Positions 1 through 22,723 are shown, counted from the stretch's first letter. The stretch is DNA of 64,000 nucleotides from the human T2T-CHM13v2.0 reference genome, Homo sapiens (GCF_009914755.1 NC_060926.1); one strand, 5' to 3'. A program made the numbers and translations. The notes: generated from the letters alone by a model not told the origin.

Positions 1-129
<129 letters not shown>

Positions 130-1078
130 TAAATGTCAAAACTTTCTATGGTGAAAATATATCTAGCTGTTGCTCTCCTGGAGGAGCAATCCTCAGCCTC
201 ATATCTTTGCTAATTCAAATACCTGTAACATTACGCTCTTTCAAATAACTGAATGATTAAGTATGGTGAGTATAAGTGATTAACACTTGGTGAGTATTTT
301 AAGGTTTCAGCATATACCTGTTAAATATATTTTGTACAGTGACAGCTGCAGGCATTAATAACACCATTTAACAGACTCTACAATTACACAAATTCTTTGA
401 GTATATAAACCAATAAAAACTGAAATTATTTTTTTCCAAAATGATTTAAGATGTTGCTGCCATTTTTTTATTTAGCTCAGCAGTGGTATTTTTAGTGCGT
501 TTTCTGTTTGACAGGATGTTTCTTGCACATATTTTCTTCTCTCCGTATTCCCACTGTTCCTCTGAAACTAATCATTCCCTGCCTGTATTTATTCGCCAGT
601 TCCCCACCCCCCTCCCCCTGGCCCCACTTGTACACAACTGCCAGCTTAATCTTCTTTAAACATTTTACTGTTTATATAACTTCACAGCTCAAAAAACAGT
701 CAATAACTCTCTGATGTCCAGAAGATAATGTGCAGGCTTCTGCTCACAGACACCCCAACCTCGTCACCCAACCCCCTCAGTGTGAGTCCCCCACACCCCA
801 GGGCTGCAGCCAGGCTATCACCCCAAGAACTGGAGCTCTGTGCCCAACCTCAGTGCTTTGGCTGGGACCAGATCCTCTTTCTGCTGGGCCCTAACAGCCT
901 TCTCCTTAAGGAGTCTGGGCCCTGCTCCGTCTATCTTGAGCTGAATCCAAGATGATTCAGCATGAAGGTGGGAATTGTGCCCACAGAGAGGCTTCTTGCT
1001 CAAGCCCACCTCCAGGTCTGTTTCCAGGGGTGAGGTCATTAGCCCAGATTTTATGTGATGGGAACAGTTGGCTATCCT

Positions 1079-1592
1079 TGGTGGTAAGCACAATAATAAT
1101 GTCCCCTTACCCTACAATGTCTACAGCCTAATCCCCAGAACCTGTGAATTTGTTACATTACATGGCAAAAGAGGCTTTATGATTAAGTTAAAGATCTTGA
1201 GATGGGGAGACGATACTGGATTAGCCCAGTAGGCCCAATGTAATCATAAGGGTCCTTATCAGAGCGAGGCAGGAGGGTCAGACTCAGAGAAGGCGATGTG
1301 AGGACAGAAGCAAAGGTCACAGAGAAAGGGAGATTTTGAAGATGCTAAGGGCTGGCTTTGAAGATGGAGGAGGGGGCTATGAGCAGAAGAATGTAGGCAG
1401 CCTCTGGAAACCGCAAGGAATGGATTCTCCCCCGCCCTCTAAAGGAGCCAGCCCTGCCAACACCTAACTTTAGCCTAACTCATAAGACTAATTGAGATTT
1501 CTGACCTCTGGAACTGTAAGACAAGAAATTTGTGTTGTTTTAAGCCACGAAGTTTGTAGTAATTTGTTCCAGCATCAATAGGAAAATACTAC
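1079..1592 (+). mobile_element. MaLR solo LTR, MLT1D-like
   Basis: Characteristic motifs taatccccagaacctgtgaat, gcccaatgtaatcataagggtcctta and ttgtgttgttttaagccac...aataggaaatact. Confidence 0.8.
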
Positions 1593-1736
1593 ACTCCCTT
1601 TGCAGGCTCTCCTGGTCCCAGTCCTAATAATCGTGGCCTGCACTCTGATGTATCTATTACCAGGCTTTCAGGCTGAGACCGATAAAGGCTAAAACCTGTA
1701 CAGTCCAATACATTCACCACCAGTCACATGCAACTA

Positions 1737-2046
<310 letters not shown>

Positions 2047-2084
2047 TCAACTAACTAATTGGTGTAATTAAATTAAAGTAAAAC

Positions 2085-2212
2085 AATCAGTTCCTCTGTT
2101 ATGCTAGCCATATTTTCGGTGTTTAATAGCCACATGTGGGTAGTTGTTACCAAACTGGATAGTGAAGACAGAATAATTCCATCCTCTTGGAAAGTTCTAT
2201 TGGACAGTGCTG
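2085..2212. mobile_element. MER3/MER33-like hAT-Charlie MITE fragment
   Basis: gctagccatatt...aatagccacatgtgg...gaaagttctattggacagtgctg terminal motif. Confidence 0.65.
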
Positions 2213-2789
2213 GTTATAATGATATGGCGTGTACCACCAGTTTTTATAGGCCACGGAACCCATTTGAATAAGTCGAATGAAATCTCAAGTGGAAGCCAAA
2301 TATGTTACAGAAACAAAGTCAGAAATACTTTTATGAGTGCTTTTATGTCCTCCTTCTTTTTTCCTCTTTTTTTTTTTTTTTTTTGAGATAGAGTCTCGCT
2401 CTGTCACCCAGTCTGGAGTGCAGTGGAGTGATCTCGGCTCACTGCAGCCTTATATATTCTTCTAAATAGGGAGTCCTGGTGTTTTCGGGTCCCAGGAATC
2501 GGTGTTAACTCAGACATGGTTTAAAAGCCCCTGAAGATACGGTTTCACCTTCCCCCACCAGGAGGCTGTAAATAGCATAAGTCTCTTGGGGGACCTCCCA
2601 GGCTTAGGAAACAGGGCTTAGAGGGGACTGATGTGGGCACACTGGAGTGCTTGGCCCTGGCCCAGGACTGCCGCCTGACACCAGAGAGCACTTCTGGTCT
2701 GCTGTGTTGCTTAGAAAGTCTGTCCTTGGTAAGGTGATTCAAACATCTTCACCATTTTCTTCTAAGTTTGGATGTTTTCATTCGAACAC

Positions 2790-3055
2790 TTTTTTTTTCT
2801 CTCTCACCCAGGCTGAAGTGCAGTGGCACGATTATGGTTCATTGCAACCTTGACCTCCCACTTCAGCCCTCTGTGTAACTGGGACCACAGGTTCGCACCA
2901 CCATGTCCAGCTAATTTTTTTTTTTTTTTAATTTTTGGTAGAGATAGGGTCTCGCTTTGTTGCCCAGGCTGGTCTCGAACTCCTGGGCTCAAGTGATCCA
3001 CTCACCTTGGCCTCCCAAAGAGCTGAGAATAGAGGCATGAGCTACTGAACCCAGA
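2790..3055 (-). mobile_element. Alu (AluJ-like)
   Basis: Reverse-complement Alu with a T-run. A short Alu fragment also lies at ~2355-2450. Confidence 0.88.
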
Positions 3056-3765
3056 CATTTTCTTTAATTTGTCTGGTATTTGTCTGTATAATATGAGGTA
3101 GTGATCTAGGTTTATTTTCTTCAGTAGATAGCAAATGTTCTATCATTCCCCCCCACTAACTTGAGATGCCACTTTGGTGATGTAAGTTCCCATGTATAAA
3201 TGGATGTTTGTCTTTTTATCTCTCCCTGCAAGGTTATAACCCTGTTTAATTTCTATAGCCTTGCAGTTTATGTTGCTCTCTGGCAGGGCAGTTCTTCTCC
3301 CATTATTCTTATTTTTCAATGTTTTGTCTTTTCTTGTTAGTTTCCTCTTCCTGAAGCACTTTAGCATCTGTTTGCCAAGTTTCCTCTAAACAGCCAATTG
3401 AAAGTTATTGGAATTGACAAACTAATGAGATAATTGACATCATAAAAACACTGAGTCTCCGGATTTAGGAACACTATTTGCGGTTCTGTTTATTTAGGTG
3501 CTTATTTTTTTGCTTCTTAAAGTTTTATACTTGTCTTCATTTCATTGTAAGTCAATTTTAAGGCAGTTGTTGTTGCTAATGTGAAAGGGTTTTGGGTTCC
3601 GCACCCCCCATGGATTTTTAAATCACTTAATGAGAGTATACAGAAAAATGAGATTTTTGTGTGTGTGGCTGTCTTACTGAATACTCTTTTTTTTTTCTGT
3701 CAATTCTTAGGAATTTTCTAAACAGACTATGATACTAACTATGAGAGTTTCTCCTTTCTTCTCCC

Positions 3766-4045
3766 TGGTTTTTTATTTTTTTAATTTTATTATTATTATG
3801 CTTTAAGTTTTAGGGTACATGTGCACAATGTGCAGGTTTGTTACATATGTATACATGTGCCATGTTGGTGTGCTGCACCCACTAACTCGTCATTTAGCAT
3901 TAGGTATATCTCCTAATGCTATCCCTCCCCCGTCCCCCCACCCCACAACAGTCCCGGGTGTGTGATGTTCCCCTTCCTGTGTCCATGTGTTCTCATTGTT
4001 CAGTTCCCACCTATGAGTGAGAACATGCGGTGTTTGGTTTTTTAT
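3766..4045 (-). mobile_element. L1PA (young primate, L1PA2-4-like) 3' end, 5'-truncated
   Basis: Near-consensus L1 3' UTR (ttttagggtacatgtgcacaatgtgcagg...cccacctatgagtgagaacatgcgg), with tggttttttat repeated at both ends as a probable TSD. Confidence 0.93.
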
Positions 4046-4327
4046 CTTTTACTTCTTTTCTTGGCTTCCCTTATTGGAATATCCAGCATGAGGTTGGAGT
4101 GGGAATAGCAAGTACCCCTCTATCTTGTGACTTTCAATGAGAGTACTTCTATCATCTCACAGTTAAGTATAATGTTTGCTGAAAAAAGTATCTGTTTTTC
4201 TAATTTGCTCAGAAAGTGATGTTGAAATTTAACCAAAATACTGTTTCACATTTGAGATTATTATATTTTTTCTTTTTTAAATTGGAAGTGTTGAATTCTA
4301 TTAAGAGATCTCCTAATATTGAAGTAG

Positions 4328-4780
<453 letters not shown>

Positions 4781-5047
4781 TGTGCCTATATTTTTAAGTG
4801 ACGTTCCTTTATAGTTTTCTTTTTTTAGGCTATTTATTTTAAAGTTTCTCTAGACAGCAAGACTGTGTTAGCCTTGTAGAATAATTTGGGAAACTTTCCA
4901 TCTTTTTCTAGCCTCTGGAACCTTTCTATGTCCTAAAGTCTGAGAGAACTTTCCTGTAATTGTCTGAGCCAAACAGCTTTTTCAGGATGTATTTTTCAGT
5001 AACTTTAATTTCTCCTGTAGTAATTGGCTTATTCTGTTTTTCTACCT

Positions 5048-5359
<312 letters not shown>

Positions 5360-5375
5360 TAAATGTCACTTTTGG

Positions 5376-5865
5376 CCCCAATGTTCATTACAGTGTTATT
5401 CACAATAGCCAAAAGGTGGAAACAATCCAAGTGTCTATCAACAGATGAATGGATAAACAAAATGTGGTATGTACATACAATAGGATATAGTGTTCATCCT
5501 TTAAGAGAAATGAAGTTCCAATACATGCTACAACATGGACGATCCTTGAGAACATGCTAGCTGAAATAAGCCACTCACAAAGAGACAGTGTATGATTCTA
5601 CTTATATGAAATATCTAGAAAAGGCATATTCATAGAGGCGGAAAGTAGATGAGAGGTGACCAAGGGCTGGGAGAAGAGAGGAATAGGGAGTTACTGCCTA
5701 AAGGTCACAAAGTCTCTGTTTAGGGTGATGGAAAAGATTTGAAAACAGATAGTGGTGAGGGCTGCACAACAATGTGAATGTAATTAACGCCACTGAATTA
5801 TACACTTAAACTGCTTAAAATGGCGTATTTCATGTTACTTGTGTTTTATCACAATAAAAACTTTT
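5376..5865 (+). mobile_element. L1MB-like 3' end
   Basis: cacaatagccaaaaggtggaaacaatccaagtgtc...gatgaatggataaacaaaatgtgg...gtaattaacgccactgaatt...aataaaaa. Confidence 0.85.
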
Positions 5866-6149
5866 CAAATCCACATAAAGTGCTTTTTGTTTTAGAAAAC
5901 AGTCAGTTTTGATAATTTATACTTTTTAGAATATCTTCCATTTCATCTAGCAGCTTAATTTTTTTGGTATGAATTTATAATTTTGTCCCTTTTCTTAATT
6001 TTATTGATGTGCCTTCCCGTTTTTGTTGTTCAGTCTTTTCTAAAGCTTGTCTATTGCCCCCACTTCGGCACCCCCACACGAAACAGTTTTTGGTTTAATT
6101 GATTTAATATGCTGGGTTTTTCTCCTTTTCAATTAATTCCTCCTACTAA

Positions 6150-9995
<3,846 letters not shown>

Positions 9996-10044
9996 TGAGT
10001 TGCCTTAGTAGGGGTTTATTTTCATCCACTCTGCTAGGCATTAG

Positions 10045-10820
10045 TGAAACGGAAAAAATTCCCTTGTCCCCCTCGCAGGGTGTGTGATGGGGGTGTGGCT
10101 TGCTTCTTGGGTGCCCCGATGCTCAAGCCCCTAGGGGTAGCATGCAGACGGGCAGGTTGTGGGGCTCCGACCCCACGGCAGTGTCTAAGGGTGAATGTTT
10201 ACAGCTCCTGAGGCCCCAGTGGGCGCGTGTTACAGGGTGCTCTTTTAGTTTAGCTGTCGGTAGTCAGTTTATGTTAGTCAGCTCAATTAGACCCTCTGCC
10301 TTACCGCAAAGACAGAGGACTTTCTGTATCCCGGGGTTTCTTGCCTTGGTGTACCGGAAGAATCGGAATACACCTGGGCTTGGAGAATGAGTGCAAGGTT
10401 TTATTGTGTGGAAGTAGCTCTCAGCAGATGGGGGAGCCAGAAGGGGATGGAGTGGGAAGGTGGTTTTCCCCTGGAATCGGGCAGCTCAGTGGCCCGGAGT
10501 GTCCTCCCACCATCCCGACCAAACTCCGCAATGGCTTGCCGGCGTCTGTCGGTGTGCTCTTACGCTGATGTGTTCCTCTTGAAGTCCAGCCACTTGTGTC
10601 TTCTTCCAGCGATAAGCTTCTCTGGATGTCCAGCTGCTTGTGTCTCTGCCTGTTAGGGTCTTGGGGGTTTTATAGGCACAGGGTGGGGGCGTGTTGGGAA
10701 ATGCAGCATTTGGGCAGGAAAACAGAAACAAAACTTAGGTTCGTGGGCACAGGCCCGGGGGTCCTAGCCAGGGACCATGCCTTTCCCTTCCCAGCACTTC
10801 CCTGCCCGACTCCTGTATCA
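10045..10820 (-). mobile_element. ERV1 solo LTR, MER50-like
   Basis: TG...CA termini (tgaaac...tgtatca) and a 4-bp imperfect TSD ttag/tcag. On the minus strand there is a TATA-like motif (10668-10674) and AATAAA (~10400). The family name is from memory. Confidence 0.75.
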
Positions 10821-11191
10821 TCAGTTGGTACTTTCCATCTAGAAACTCATGTCTTTTATGTCTGAGAGAGCTCTTAAATTGTTGACTTGATAATTTTTGT
10901 CTCCTTTGTTTTCTCTCTGGAACTCCTGTTCCTCAGTAGCCTGCCACACTGATGCACTGATCCTCTATCACTTCTAGCCCATTTTCATCCTCTTTCTTAC
11001 TCAAGTTCTTTTTTTCTTCCATGTCTTATGGAATTTTCTCAAATGTCTCTTCATTGAATTTTTTCATTAAAAATTTTTTTTCAGTTTTTTTATTTCATTG
11101 AAAAAGTTCATCGAATTTTTCATATGTGCTATTGTATTTTTAATTTCTAAGACAGCTGGCCTTCTTATCTTTTTAAATAGATGCAATTATC

Positions 11192-11840
<649 letters not shown>

Positions 11841-11984
11841 AAATAGATACTATATTTTACCTCTTCGAAAATAATGTTTTGTTTTGCTTTCAAAATTTCT
11901 TACGTTTCTGCATCATTTCTGGTTCCTCAATTTTATTTTCTCTTTTGTTAGTTTTTTGTTTTGATTTGTGCTTTTATTTGTGTA

Positions 11985-13986
<2,002 letters not shown>

Positions 13987-14279
13987 AAACTTGTATTATA
14001 TATTATATATATTAATATTATTATTTATTAATCACGGTAACTCTATTCAGTAGGTAGCAGATACTATTCATATGCTCACTTTACATATACCTAATAGGTG
14101 GAGGACCCAGGATGGAAATCCAGAGCCTGTAGTGCTATACTAATCACTGTACTACTAGTAATGGCATCTAGATTTTTTAATTCATTAGAGTCTTTGTTCT
14201 TTAACAGGGGAATTTCAGGTCATCATGTTTATTGGGATAACTAATATGGATGAATGTATTCTTACTATCTGGGGTAAAT

Positions 14280-14915
14280 TGTATTATTACTAGCAAATAT
14301 TCACTCTCTTTTCCATCTAAGACAGGGTTATACTTCGGTGCCTCTCTGATGATGGGCTTGGACATGTGCTTTCCTTTAGCCAGTGGAGTGTGGGTAGCCT
14401 CTCTCTCCTTGCCCCTCTGCCATGAAAATAAGCATGTCTCGGTGGCTCACGCCGGTAATCCCAGCACTTTGGGAGGCTGGGTGGGCGGATCACGAGGTCA
14501 GGAGATTGAGACTATCCTGGCTAACACAGTGAAACTCCATCTCTACTAAAAATACGAAAAATTAGCCGGGCGTGGTGGCGGGCCTCTGTAGTCCCAGCTA
14601 CTCAGGAGGTTGAGCCAAGAGAATGGCGTGAACCCGGGAGGCGGAGCTTATAGTGAGCGGAGATTGCGCCACTGCACTCCAGTCTGGGCGACAGAGGGAA
14701 ACTCCGTCTCAAAAAAAAAAAAAGAAAGAAAGAAAATAAGTATGCCTCAGATAAGGGTGCTCTATCATTACAAGTCCTAGGTTGAGAAAATACATGGAAC
14801 AGACCCACATCCTGAGGCAGTGACATAGTCAACTCATGACCATCAAGTGATGTGAGCTGGAAATAAATTTTTACCATCCTAGCTGCTTATTGATATTTTT
14901 GAATTTTTGGTACTA
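14280..14915 (+). mobile_element. Old MaLR LTR (MLT1I/J-like) split by a 5'-truncated Alu (14441-14735)
   Basis: Alu flanked by gaaaataagcatgtctc / gaaaataagtatgcctc. MLT1-like motifs on both sides. Confidence 0.6.
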
Positions 14916-15056
14916 TAAGAAACTTAATATGTCATTTTGTATCTTCCAGTTACCATTCTTTTTTGTTATAGTTATTTTTCTTTTTCTATCCTTGTTGAAT
15001 TGATGACATTTCCTTTATTCCATTTTCTTTCTTTCCTTCTTTAATTTGGCAGGTAT

Positions 15057-15472
15057 TTATATTAGTCTGTTCTTGCATTGCTATAAAGAACTACCTGAGA
15101 CTGAGTAATTTATAAAGAAAAGAGGTTTCATTGACTCAGAGTTCTGCAGGTTATACGGGAAGCATGGCTGAGGAGGCCCTCAGGAAACTTAGAATCGTGG
15201 CAGAAGGTGAAGGGGAAGCAGGCATATCTTACGTGGCTGGAGAAGGAGGAAAAGAGAGCACAGATGGGAAGGTGCTACACACTTTGAAAAAACAACCAAC
15301 CAACCAAACAAAAAACAACCAGATCTTGTGAGAACTCACTCACTATCATGAGAACAGCAAGGGAGAAATCAGCCCCCATGATCCAGTCACCTCTCACCAG
15401 GCCCCTCATCCAACACTGGGGATTACAACTCGACATGAAATTTTGGCGGAGACACAAATCTAAATCATATCA
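15057..15472 (-). mobile_element. MaLR solo LTR, MSTA/THE1-like
   Basis: tattagtctgttcttgcattgctataaagaactacctgagactg...aactcactcactatcatgagaacagc...aaatcatatca. Confidence 0.85.
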
Positions 15473-15938
15473 TTATTTATTCTATTTCCAATTTTCTAGC
15501 AATTACCCTCAAATTAGTAACAATATAATTATTATTAAACAGATTTAAACTTACATATTTTTTGAAACAGAATAAATCAGTATCTATATCTTGAAAAAGA
15601 CAAGGCAGATTTACCCCAAATTTACCACCCCCATGTTGAAAACAGTTGGAATTTAACTCCAGAGTATTAAGAAAATTATATTCCATTATCCACCAACAAT
15701 TATTTAAACTTTTGTTTTTCTGGCCTTCTTGTTCACTCTTTTCTCTTGCATCCCTTGTCTTCTAATTTCTACGATAATTTGTTTTCTTTTGCTGAAATAC
15801 ATTCTGGAATATTATCTTGTAAAAGCCCTGTGGGATGTAAACTTTAAAAATCTTTAATGTCCAAAAATGTCGTTTTTTTACATTAAAAAACTTCATTTGC
15901 AGCTGAGTTTAACAACGTGACATAAGAAAAGCATTGTA

Positions 15939-16288
<350 letters not shown>

Positions 16289-17383
16289 TTAAAATAGCTG
16301 TTTATAAAACCACACTAGCATGCCTCAGACACAGGCAATGTGGTTCACCAAAAGTTATAAAGAAATAGAAAAATTGGAGTAAGGAAGAGAAGATTTTAGT
16401 TTCTGTTTTTACAGAAGCATTAAGAACATTTGAATGCCAATGACCTGGAAAACAGAAAATGAAAGAAGCTTTTCTTCTTACTGCTGGCTGAAGAGACCTT
16501 TCTAAATTTCAGGGCATTAAAATAATATATGTGCTACCTACCACAGGAAGTTGTTTAAAGTAAAGGTTTACTTTTTGTGCATTTACATTACTCTGAAAGA
16601 CGTCAGGACAGAGCTATTAAAGAAAGTGACATACTCCTATTATGTTGGATTTATCAGATTAACTAGATTTTTATACACATGAACAATATGTGCCAAATTT
16701 AAATGCATGCTAATTACTAAGGGTGATTACTCAGTTACCCTAACTAAGTGGGTTCACTAAAAGTTCAAACTGAACAGTGAAACCAGGCCGTTTCATAAAG
16801 ATATCTTTATTTTGACCTCCCACTTGAATGTTACTTTGGCTGGGTATAAAATTTGAAGTTCAAAGTAACTTCCACTCAGAATTTTGAAGTTAATTTTTCC
16901 TTTTTTCTCCCTTATGCTGATCTACTGTTTCCATGCTGATCTGATTATCCTTTCTTTCTAGATAACCTGGTTGTTGGTCGGGGGAGGGGGGTTTGTCTTT
17001 TGGAAGTTTTAAGTATTTCTCTATAGCCTTGGAGCTTTAAAAATTTAAGATGACACTTCTGGATTATTTTTCTTTTTTTCTTGCTCAACACGTAGTAGAC
17101 TCTTAAATCTGAAAATGTATATTTTCCATCAGTTCTGAAAAATTTGCAATTATTTATTTGAATAATTCTTCCCCTCTTTTTTCTCTGTTATCTTTAGAAA
17201 GCTTATAGGAAAAATGTCCAATTACCTGTCTTCCATGTCATTTACTTTCTATCTCATAATTGTCATTACTTTATATTTTAGTGCTATATTTAGGGAGAAT
17301 TTCTTGGGTCAATCTTACACTTTTACTGAATCCATCCTTCCATTCAGCCCAATTATGTAAGTTTTTATTTCATCAATCATTAA

Positions 17384-17508
17384 CCCATTTATGCCTGAGG
17401 TTGCAATTTTTTTGAATTTTTGCAATCAAAAAACAACCTTGAGCAGTAGGATATAAATAATTCCCACATGCTTAGCGTTCCAATAATGGAACACTAGGCA
17501 TAAATGGG
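17384..17508. mobile_element. MER85 (piggyBac/PGBD3-derived MITE)
   Basis: Perfect 13-bp TIRs CCCATTTATGCCT / AGGCATAAATGGG, TTAA on the left and TTTTAA on the right, internal imperfect palindrome GTTCCAATAATGGAAC (17477-17492). Confidence 0.9.
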
Positions 17509-17909
17509 TTTTAATAGGTATTGGAACTAGGATTCAAATCTAGAACCCATGCTATTAAACACTATGCTGCTAGTATATAGTATCAAGACTTTTTTTCTTT
17601 AAGCCAATTAGAGTCTTTGTCTTCTAATGGAGGAATTTTAACCTGCCTACATTATGGGATAATGGATATGTATGAATGTACTCTTACCATCTTGATATCA
17701 GGATATGAAAACCTTTTAATTTTCTCTAAGGGTATCACTTATACTTTATTTTTTTCTTTCCTTTTCAGGTTATTTCCTTTTTAAGGTTTTTTTTTTTTCA
17801 GTTTGATGATTTTGATGCCTTTCTTTTCTCAGTGTTGCTTTTCCACAAATAATAGGCTAATCTTGGCTATCTGTGTTCATATTTGAGATTCTTCTTCACC
17901 TATCACTAA

Positions 17910-18745
<836 letters not shown>

Positions 18746-20445
18746 TGAATCAACTCTTTCCATCCCTTTCTTCTGTCCTCCAATGTCCCTTTGAAGGTCT
18801 GGAGATACTTCAGAGTCCATCTGTACCTTTCTTTAACCCCAACATGGTAACTATTTCTCTTTTGAAAGCAGCTTAAAGGGTTTTAACTTGGGGACACACA
18901 CTGCTGTCACCACTGGATATGCACTGGAAAAGCAGGGTAAGGGAAAGGACTGTTTCCAAATACACCTAACTAATTGCCCCGAAAATTGCTTGAAAGTCCA
19001 GGCCTGTTCTTTGTAATCACATATGATGAGTGTAGAGAAAGTTACAGTCGCTCTTGTGGCTCTGAATTTCAAGCAGGATTTTTCTTGTTCTTGTTTTGCC
19101 TCGATTTCAGGCCTGTTTGTCTTCTACGAATTCCTCAAATTTCTGGACCATGGAAGCTTCTTTCTTGAATTTTCTGTTTTGTTTTTCTGTTTAATTATTT
19201 CTTTAATGGAGGGAGAGGCATGTCTTCAGTTCTTCAGTTAGCCAACTTGATTCAGCAGTCTCTACTTTATCCTTAAACACATCATTTGTCTCAAAAACAA
19301 AGTGGGGAAAGAGGGTATATTTGTGGGTAAATTGCTCCCTCACCGCCGCTCCTGACAAGCTTAGCTGAGGGAGCTTTATCATCAGTCTCACAGCCTACAC
19401 CCCAGGTAGACAGTGGTGCTTGGCCAAACCAATTAACTCCCTTTCCTGAGTTCTTCGTATGCCTTGCTCTTCATGTTAGTTTCACCTTTTCACTTGCCCT
19501 CCTCCCCGAACCCACCTTTTCCTTCACTCAGGTGTGCACAGCTGTCAAGTAGTCTACTTTGTCCTGTACTGAAAATCTTCTAAGAAATTAATCTGCATTA
19601 AAATGTTAGGAATTGAATATACTTTTCTTATCAGTGATATGTATACTTTGAAGGATGGTGAATGAAGGAAAGTAACACTCACCTTAAGGGGTAAATTGGT
19701 AATAACGGCATTTCAGATATTTCAGAGGGAGAGGTCTTCAATATCAATTTCAGACAGCTGTCACTTTACCTATTCATAAAGATAGGCTTGCCTTCTACAA
19801 ACGGGAACCTTCAGCAGCTCTGGTCAAGGCTGCAATGACAACTGCTGACAGTCATTTTCTTTTCCTCCTTAGTCCTTTGCAATCAATGATGATGAGGCTA
19901 GTTTGAAAAAAAATTCAGTATAGCCCCCTAGATATTTGTTGGGGGTGGCCTCTTGTGTAGTTATAAATGGCACCTTTGGGAGGGTACAAGCCATGGTGAA
20001 GGTGTGCAAAGGAGGAATTTCACTTACATGTCAATGTCTTCAGACTTTTGTCCAGAAATGGCACAAAGATACCAGTTTCCACATGCATCTCTCCCTCCTT
20101 TGTGATCTGCCATCATAGTAATTTGCCTAGTTTCCAGGAAGGAGGTAATTCCACTCTATACACCTGTGGCCGGGAGGATTAGTCAACACTGAAGTGATCA
20201 ACCTACCAAGTAAGTGTCAAGTCAATGAGGTGTGCAACAGAAAACAGGCTAATTGGTTCTGGTAATTCTTAATTACAAGATCCTCCTTACACTGGGAGGA
20301 AAGTACCTTAACGTCTTGTCCAGATTCCACACCTCTCCTGCCACTTTGGGTTTTTAACAACTCACTTCCATATTTAAGCCTATCCTATTCATTGTGAAAC
20401 TTCTTTCTTCAGCTCATCAAAGCTTTGTTCATCTTCACTCCCCAG

Positions 20446-20592
20446 TATAAATGAAAACTCATGTTTCACAGGGTAATATGTAAATGCACCTTCTGTATCA
20501 CCCAAGTTAAAATGTTGTTTTGGGGCACAGTGATCTTAAAATACCTACTAATATTCAAGCAGATGCCGATACACCCTCGGCAGACATATGTC
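20446..20592 (+). repeat. Left arm of 147-bp inverted repeat
   Basis: Reverse complement of 21734-21880, with 9 mismatches and no gaps by manual alignment. Confidence 0.95.
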
Positions 20593-20699
20593 ATCTGCCA
20601 TCATTTATTATAGGGTAAAAGTGTGCCATGGTTGCCCAAGACAGTTTATGCTAGTTGTCCTGACATTGTATCTGGTTTAGCTTTTTTTTTAATCTGGAT

Positions 20700-21010
<311 letters not shown>

Positions 21011-21733
21011 ATTTTTTCAACTAATGTTATTAAGCCAGATGGGTTTGATATCACTCCAACCTTGTATTTCCAGCTTCTGTTGAAAGTATGTGAGACCCAT
21101 GTTGTGAACAGAGGCCTCACCTTAACATATGATTGAATCTGGAAATAACCCTTTTCAGACTCACTGTATTTAACACCTCCCTTTCAAGGATGGCTTGCAA
21201 GCATGCTTGCTGACAAAACAAAGTGCTCAGAGAAGGAACGCCTTGGGACAGCTAATTTATTCTGGTCTTGGGGATAATGGGAGAAATATTTTATGTTCTT
21301 GTCTTGCCAGCCACTTTTTGTACCAGCCAGTTAGGCTGAAGCCCACAGTGATCTCTGAGGTGTAATTGTCAGGGTCATTGGGAAATATGGAAAATTATAG
21401 GAAAGATGCATGTAAAACATGAACAGGAGATAGGTGAGCAGTCTCCCATAGAGCGTTTAGAAAGTGGTCTGAACACTCTTGCTACAGTGGACTTGTACTA
21501 TACGGTACAGTATAAATCCATAACTATTTATTTTGAGAAATTCAATGAGTATTTGCATTGCATTTTGGAGGAATGAGGTTTAAAAATTGCATGTTTAGTA
21601 AGAAATTAAATATCAAATTTCCATTTTTCATTCATGTTAATGATGAACTTATAACCTTGCACAAAATATTTGCTGACATCAACCAACCCCCATGGGGACC
21701 TTAATGATTTCACTGATCGAATGCAAACCGAAA

Positions 21734-21880
21734 GACACATGTCTGCCGAGGACGCATGAGCATCTACTTGAATATTAGTAGGTATTTTAAGATCACTGTG
21801 CCCCAAAACAATATTTTAACTTGGGTGATACAGAATGTGCATTTACATATTACCCTGTGAAACATGAGTTTTCATTTATA
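21734..21880 (-). repeat. Right arm of 147-bp inverted repeat
   Basis: Pairs with 20446-20592. Confidence 0.95.
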
Positions 21881-22614
21881 TCAAATGGTTGTTCTTCTAA
21901 ATTTATTTTATGAGTGAAAAATGAAAAGATAACTGTTAATACATTGGATCAATCAAAAGAAGAAATCTGAAAAGATTTTTAAATGATGCCAGTTTGCATT
22001 TGCAAATGACACTTCAAATAGAAAATTAGCTAATTCTAGTAATGATTATTTTTCCCTTCCAACCAAGTCAAGAAATGAAAATATGGCATTTGGAAGTTCA
22101 TTATGTCGCGAGTGAAACACTTGACATTGTTAATGCTACTGTAAATTCAAGTTGACTGGTGAACCCAGGCCATTTGTAGGATATCCCACATTTCTTCATG
22201 TTGTCATTTAACTTGTTCCTCTGTTCCCTGTATTTCTTGTAAATAGGAGTTTCAGTCTTGACAAGGCTTGATTACTTCTTATTAAGTGTTTTTGTCAAGA
22301 AGACCTCAATCTCTTTATTTTATTGGCCAAGAAACAGGCCAAAACAGGAATTTGGAAGCAGGCTTATGTATATGGCATTTGGTTTTGAGTCAGAAGGTCT
22401 GAGTTGAAAACAAGCTTTACCCTAACATCTAGACAATTTGCTTTACTACTTTCAAGCTTATTTTCCTCTGTAAAGAGGAAGTGTCAGAACAGATGGTCCC
22501 TAGTGTGTTTCTGATTGAAGGTTACATGTCCATTTTCACATAATTAGTTTGGTGAGCTTGGACATGACAACTCTAATCTACACTCCCCTAATTCACAGTG
22601 CTTTTGACTTTATC

Positions 22615-22723
22615 ATGTATATATATACACACACACACACACGTGTATTTATATATGGTATACATATTTATAATATATATTTGCATATGGTATATATTTA
22701 TATATGGTGTGTGTGTGTATATA

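Noticed and set aside
256-300. Twice-repeated tggtgagtat (donor-like GTGAGT)
   Set aside because: Small degenerate tandem duplication with no supportable upstream exon.
21197-21210. Palindrome GCAAGCATGCTTGC containing a p53 half-site
   Set aside because: There is no correctly spaced second half-site, and it is not at the symmetry centre of the inverted repeat.
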